Source: a bacterium (GTDB lineage: Bacteria > Bacteroidota > Bacteroidia > NS11-12g > UBA955). From it: a stretch of DNA of 64,000 nt. Position numbers and translations under genes: made by a program. The stretch is from contig JAQSCZ010000119.1 of the NCBI GenBank assembly GCA_029945665.1, forward strand, positions 6,277 to 70,276, in the 5' to 3' direction. Position 1 is the stretch's first letter. Each line of letters begins with the position of its first letter. The notes under the pieces are model-generated. The model did not search any database and was not told the DNA's origin. It worked only from the letters and a program-made list of their open reading frames with translations. Positions 59,361-64,000 of this stretch are shown here, piece after piece.

Positions 59361-60989
59361 TTAATTCTTAAACTTAGCGACTAAAGGAATCACACGACCT
59401 CTGCCATAAGCCTTGCTTGAAACGCGCAATATTGGTGGTGCTTGAAAACGCTTGTATTCATTGTTGTTTACCATCTTAATACTGCGTTCTACTGTCTCCT
59501 TTTCGTATCCCAAAGCAACAATGTCCGAAACACTGAGTTGCTCCTCAATATAAGATTTAAGGATTCCATCTAGTATGTCATATGGTGGCAAATTATCACT
59601 GTCTTTTTGATCGGGGCGCAATTCTGCACTTGGTGCTTTCTCAATAATATCAATGGGAATCAATTCTCTGTTTGCGTTGATTCGTTTAGCCAAAGCAAAA
59701 ACATCTGTTTTATAAACGTCACCAATCACACTTATGCTTCCACACATATCGCCATACAGCGTTGTATAACCCACCGACATTTCACTTTTATTACTGGTAT
59801 TAACTAATATGGCACCTAGCTTATTGCTGTAAGCCATTAACAAAACGGCTCGACTCCGTGCTTGAATATTTTCCTCTGCCACATTAAATGGAAGGTTATT
59901 AAATATAGGTTTTAAAGCAGCATCAAAGCTATCAAAAATAGATTTAATAGGAATTATATGGGATGGATTATTAAGATTTTTTGAAAGGGCTAAGGCATCC
60001 GTTATGCTACCATCGCTACTGAATTGGGAAGGCATCAAAATAGCTGTTACATTTTCTCCTCCAATGGCTTCACTCATCAAGGCTTGCACCACCGCTGAAT
60101 CTATTCCTCCAGAAGAACCTAAAATAGCTTTGGTGAAACCCATTTTAGAAAAATAATCTTTAATACCAAACACCAATGCTTTGTGCAATTGCTCAATGCG
60201 CTCCTTTTCTTCAAAATTACTTTTCATTTGCACTGAGTTTAAATCGACATAAGTCAACTCTTCATCAAATGATTTTAATTGTTTAGCTATGCTCCCGTCG
60301 GCATTGATGAACAAAGAATTTCCATCAAATATCAAATCTGTATGCGCTCCTACTTGGTTAACATAGAGCAATGGCATCTTAAAATTAATGGCTTGATTGC
60401 GCAGAATTTCATATCGGGTTTTTTCTTTATCAGCATTAAATGGTGATGCCGAAATATTGATTATCAATTCAGGTTTAAAAACGCTAAGGTTCTTTAATGG
60501 ATCTTGGGTATAACTGAAAAAATCCATTTCGTCCCATAAATCTTCACAAATCGTAATGGCCGTATTCACGCCATTTATAGCAACTGTCCTAAAATTCTCG
60601 TTACTTTGAAAATAACGCGCTTCACTAAAAACATCATAGGTTGGAAGCAGGGTTTTGTAAATTGAATCAATATGTACACCATTGCTTAAAACACATGCTG
60701 CGTTATAAAGTCTTCTGCCTTTTGGATGGGAATTTATTACCGGGCATCCAACAATCGCGGTTATTCCGATTGTTGCTTTTGCAATTTCTATTAATGCATC
60801 TTCACAATGTTTAATAAAATGCGGATAATCTAATAAATCATCTGGAGGATAGCCACAAACCGCTAATTCACTAAAAACAATCAAGCTCGCACCATTGGTT
60901 CGAGCTTGTTCTATAGCATTTATAATCTTAGCAGAATTACCTGCAAAATCTCCGATTGTATAATTAAGTTGAGCAAGAGCGATTTTCAT
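59361..60989 (-). CDS. nadE: Glutamine-dependent NAD+ synthase
   Basis: N-terminal CN-hydrolase domain (MKIALAQLN...FSELAVCGYPP...ICEDLW) and a C-terminal NAD synthetase domain with the SGGIDS PP-loop. Confidence 0.95.
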   Translation of the reverse strand: MKIALAQLNYTIGDFAGNSAKIINAIEQARTNGASLIVFSELAVCGYPPDDLLDYPHFIKHCEDALIEIAKATIGITAIVGCPVINSHPKGRRLYNAACVLSNGVHIDSIYKTLLPTYDVFSEARYFQSNENFRTVAINGVNTAITICEDLWDEMDFFSYTQDPLKNLSVFKPELIINISASPFNADKEKTRYEILRNQAINFKMPLLYVNQVGAHTDLIFDGNSLFINADGSIAKQLKSFDEELTYVDLNSVQMKSNFEEKERIEQLHKALVFGIKDYFSKMGFTKAILGSSGGIDSAVVQALMSEAIGGENVTAILMPSQFSSDGSITDALALSKNLNNPSHIIPIKSIFDSFDAALKPIFNNLPFNVAEENIQARSRAVLLMAYSNKLGAILVNTSNKSEMSVGYTTLYGDMCGSISVIGDVYKTDVFALAKRINANRELIPIDIIEKAPSAELRPDQKDSDNLPPYDILDGILKSYIEEQLSVSDIVALGYEKETVERSIKMVNNNEYKRFQAPPILRVSSKAYGRGRVIPLVAKFKN

Positions 60990-61010
60990 ACACCCTACAA
61001 AGAACGTGCT

Positions 61011-61742
61011 TTAAAAGAAAAATCCCAACTCCAAACCCAATACATTGTTAATCAGTTTTGACTTTTTATCATTTAGTATATCTGAAAAACCATTATTAAA
61101 TCTCAAACCAGTATAAAAACTTGTATTACCACTTAAATTGTATTCAATTCCTAAACCTAATATCATAGAAGCTCTAAATGAGTTGATATTATCTTGGTGT
61201 TCATTAAAATCGTATTTGTCATTTTCACTGGCGTTGGCTATGTATTTTTCACTGATAGGGAAATCAGGATTACCAACACCTTTGGCAGCGGTTGTAACTT
61301 GGTTGCCAATAAGAACACCTGGAGCAATACCAATCTGACCCCAATAGCGCATGCCATTGCTTTCATTTGTTCTAAATTTAAAAGTCAATGGAATTTCTAT
61401 GTATTTTAAACTGTATTTATAGGTTACATTGTTATAGCTGGTGTTAGAGTTTATATGATAAACTGAATCACCTTTCAACTTCATTCTATTGGACATTGAA
61501 GTAATATTAATTTCAGGGGTGAAAAAATAATTATCCGCCAATTTTATATCAGCCATCATACCAAAAGAAAATCCAATTCCTGAACCATTCTTTAAAACAT
61601 TAGAGGTGACAGATTTAGTCCAATTGATACCTGGAATAATTTTAAACCCAATTCGGAAGTCTCTATCGTCCTGAGCTTGTATATTTAAAACAAAAAAATA
61701 CAGTAGTGCCAATAAAAATGTAGACTTAATCGTTCTATTCAT
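61011..61742 (-). CDS. Porin-family outer-membrane beta-barrel protein
   Basis: From the ATG at 61742, a signal peptide ...VLNIQAQ. Alternating beta-strand pattern, C-terminal ...LGLELGFFF. Confidence 0.75.
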   Translation of the reverse strand: MNRTIKSTFLLALLYFFVLNIQAQDDRDFRIGFKIIPGINWTKSVTSNVLKNGSGIGFSFGMMADIKLADNYFFTPEINITSMSNRMKLKGDSVYHINSNTSYNNVTYKYSLKYIEIPLTFKFRTNESNGMRYWGQIGIAPGVLIGNQVTTAAKGVGNPDFPISEKYIANASENDKYDFNEHQDNINSFRASMILGLGIEYNLSGNTSFYTGLRFNNGFSDILNDKKSKLINNVLGLELGFFF

Positions 61743-61768
61743 GATATTATTATTTAATTTGCACAAAA

Positions 61769-62785
61769 ATGACTAAAAAATTTATATTTACCACTAATTC
61801 ATTTGTATTATTTATCATCATTCTTCTTTGCGGCTGCAATGAAAATCGATTAGATGTCAATGTTTCAAGCGTTGAAGTGAAATTGGATATCAAACATTTT
61901 GAAACAGATTTATTTGAAAACAAAATTGACAATTACCTTTTTGCTAAAAAAAAATACGGCTATTTTATCGACGATTACACCCAAGGTATTCTAGGGATTC
62001 CTGGCGACAGCATTACCGCATTTAATCAATTAATGGCGTTAAAAAACAATGCCAACATGCAGAAAGTATATCAACAAGTGAATGAAAAATATCGAAATTT
62101 TAAACCTTATGAAAATGAATTAATTGATGCATACAAGCATTTTAAATTTTATTTTCCAAACGAAAAAATCCCCACCATCATTACATTCACAAGTAATTTT
62201 AGTTTTTATATGAACCCTGTTGGAGAAGGATATATAGGAATCAGTTTGGATATGCACATGGGTGCCGACTATAAGATTTACGACTATGTAAATATTGAAA
62301 AATACTGGCGTAAAATTCTTACTCCACAAACCATTGTAACCAACCACATGTTGGCCCACTGCAATGATATGTTTGGTTCTACCAACTTACACAATACGCT
62401 AACAGACGAAATGGTGTACTACGGAAAACTACTCTATTTTTTAGATGCAACGACTCCGAAGGTGGCAGACGAAGTGAAAATTGGCATGACAAAAGCTGAA
62501 CTAGATTGGTGTAAACAAGAAGAAAGTTCCATTTGGGCTTTTTTAGTCAAAGAAAAATACCTCTATGAAACTGAAAGTAAAAAATACGAAAAACTCATAA
62601 ATGAAGGTCCTAAAACTATTTTAAGCGGGGTGCCGGATGGTTCACCAGCAATGCTCGGCAGGTATATTGGATGGATGATCGTGAGAACTTACATGTCTGA
62701 AAATACCGACATCACTTTGCCCGAACTCATGAAGAATAACAATGCAAAAGGCATTCTTCAGCAGAGTGGCTATAAACCACAATAG
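61769..62785 (+). CDS. gldB: Gliding motility lipoprotein GldB (probable)
   Basis: Lipobox LLCGC, about 338 aa. It neighbours nadE, as I recall for Flavobacterium gldB. The sequence family was not verified. Confidence 0.55.
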   Translation: MTKKFIFTTNSFVLFIIILLCGCNENRLDVNVSSVEVKLDIKHFETDLFENKIDNYLFAKKKYGYFIDDYTQGILGIPGDSITAFNQLMALKNNANMQKVYQQVNEKYRNFKPYENELIDAYKHFKFYFPNEKIPTIITFTSNFSFYMNPVGEGYIGISLDMHMGADYKIYDYVNIEKYWRKILTPQTIVTNHMLAHCNDMFGSTNLHNTLTDEMVYYGKLLYFLDATTPKVADEVKIGMTKAELDWCKQEESSIWAFLVKEKYLYETESKKYEKLINEGPKTILSGVPDGSPAMLGRYIGWMIVRTYMSENTDITLPELMKNNNAKGILQQSGYKPQ

Positions 62786-62835
62786 TCAGGATTTAATTTT
62801 GGGCATATAATTTGACTTAAATAAAATAAAAATAT

Positions 62836-64000
62836 ATGCAGCCTAATATTCCAGAATCTAATTTACCGAGAGTTGTAATTATCGGTGGCGGATTCGCCGG
62901 ATTAAAAATAGCGTCGGGTTTAAAAAACAAACCATTTCAGGTGGTGCTTCTCGATAAAAACAATTTTCATCAGTTTCAACCTTTGTTTTATCAAGTAGCA
63001 ACTTCTGGTCTTGAACCGAGTGCAATAGCCTTTCCATTCAGGAAAATATTTCAACACTTTAAACATTTCCATTTCAGAGAAACACTTGTTAAAAACATCA
63101 ATACAAAAGAACAGATTTTAGATTGCAGTGTTGGTCAAATTCATTATGATTATCTTGTAATAGCAACAGGTACAGATACCAATTTTTACAAAATTGATTC
63201 GATTCAAGAAAATGGATTGCCAATGAAGACAGTGGCTGAAGCACTTAAATTAAGAAACACAATTTTAGAAAATTTCGAGTATGCTTTGGTTGCAGACAAT
63301 GCAGACGAAACCAGTAAAAACTTAGACATTGTAATTGTAGGAGGAGGTCCAACTGGCGTTGAGTTAGCTGGTGCATTAGCCGATTTAAGAAACGATGTTT
63401 TACCAAAAGATTATCCTGAAATCGATTTTAGCAAAATGAATATACGGCTAATTGAGGCGGGCACAGGTTTATTAGCCAGTATGAGTCCGAAAGCAAGCTT
63501 ACTCGCTGAAAAATATTTAAAACAATTAAATGTAGAGGTGCAATGCAGTACAAGTGTTAAATCTTTCAGCAACCACGAAGTGTTGCTATCAAATGAAAAA
63601 ATCATAAATGCTAAAACATTGATATGGGCAGCAGGCGTAACGGCCAACACTTTAAATGGATTAGCAGCCGATGCTTATGGGCCTGGCAACCGTTTAAAGG
63701 TTAATGATTATAATCAAATAAATGGGTTTGAAAATATTTTCGCTATTGGCGATGTCTCTATCATGCAAAATGAAATGAATCCTAAAGGACATCCCCAAGT
63801 AGCGCAAGTTGCAATTCAACAAGCCAACCTTTTGACTAAAAATTTACTCTCTATAGAAAACAAACAAGCTTTGATTGCATTTAAATATAAAAACAAAGGG
63901 AGCATGGCTACTATTGGCAGAAATTTAGCGGTTGTCGATTTGCCATTTTGGTCATTCGGTGGATTCTTCGCATGGCTTATTTGGATGTTCGTTCACCTTA
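62836..64000 (+). CDS. ndh: Type II NADH dehydrogenase (NDH-2), 3' end beyond window
   Basis: My translation from the ATG at 62836 reads MQPNIPESNLPRVVIIGGGFAGLK...FHQFQPLFYQVATSGLEP...IVGGGPTGVELAG...AIGD. Open to the window edge, so absent from the ORF track. Confidence 0.9.
   Translation, partial: MQPNIPESNLPRVVIIGGGFAGLKIASGLKNKPFQVVLLDKNNFHQFQPLFYQVATSGLEPSAIAFPFRKIFQHFKHFHFRETLVKNINTKEQILDCSVGQIHYDYLVIATGTDTNFYKIDSIQENGLPMKTVAEALKLRNTILENFEYALVADNADETSKNLDIVIVGGGPTGVELAGALADLRNDVLPKDYPEIDFSKMNIRLIEAGTGLLASMSPKASLLAEKYLKQLNVEVQCSTSVKSFSNHEVLLSNEKIINAKTLIWAAGVTANTLNGLAADAYGPGNRLKVNDYNQINGFENIFAIGDVSIMQNEMNPKGHPQVAQVAIQQANLLTKNLLSIENKQALIAFKYKNKGSMATIGRNLAVVDLPFWSFGGFFAWLIWMFVHL

Noticed and set aside
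1-64000. Scan by eye for CRISPR arrays, IS elements, integrases, phage or conjugation genes, and rRNA
   Set aside because: None found. There are no regularly spaced direct repeats, and no transposase or recombinase-like ORFs in the track or in the gaps I translated.

Overview
AT-rich chromosomal segment that looks like core genome of a gliding Bacteroidota (Flavobacteriia/Sphingobacteriia-like). Support for that: gldE-gldD and gldB, many lipoproteins and OM beta-barrels, and TAnnTTTG-type -7 promoter boxes. I call about 58 protein genes, one tRNA-Arg(ACG) and RNase P RNA (rnpB). Three CDSs are absent from the ORF track: two are open at the window edges and one is a 29-aa bS22-like microprotein. 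Content is mostly housekeeping and cell envelope: tsaD, trxB, holA, rng, HU, mutY, ssb, nadE, NDH-2, an acyl-CoA carboxyltransferase, TamB, two further AsmA-like proteins, MlaEFD, a MacAB-like exporter, and a TonB receptor operon. I saw no CRISPR array, integrase, transposase, phage gene or recognisable defence island, so I cannot honestly point to a clear novel multi-gene system. The observations most worth a second look are: (1) a 1051-aa M1 zinc peptidase fused to an Omp85-like C-terminal barrel; (2) a G+C-rich repeated, structured non-coding region at 3.55-3.91 kb; (3) a terminator-bracketed non-coding stretch after tRNA-Arg; (4) an OM-barrel gene split by an in-frame TAA and coupled to an M48 peptidase; (5) a cluster of AsmA-like and Mla lipid-transport genes. 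At least eight genes appear to need TTG or GTG starts. All calls come from reading motifs by eye; no database search was run.
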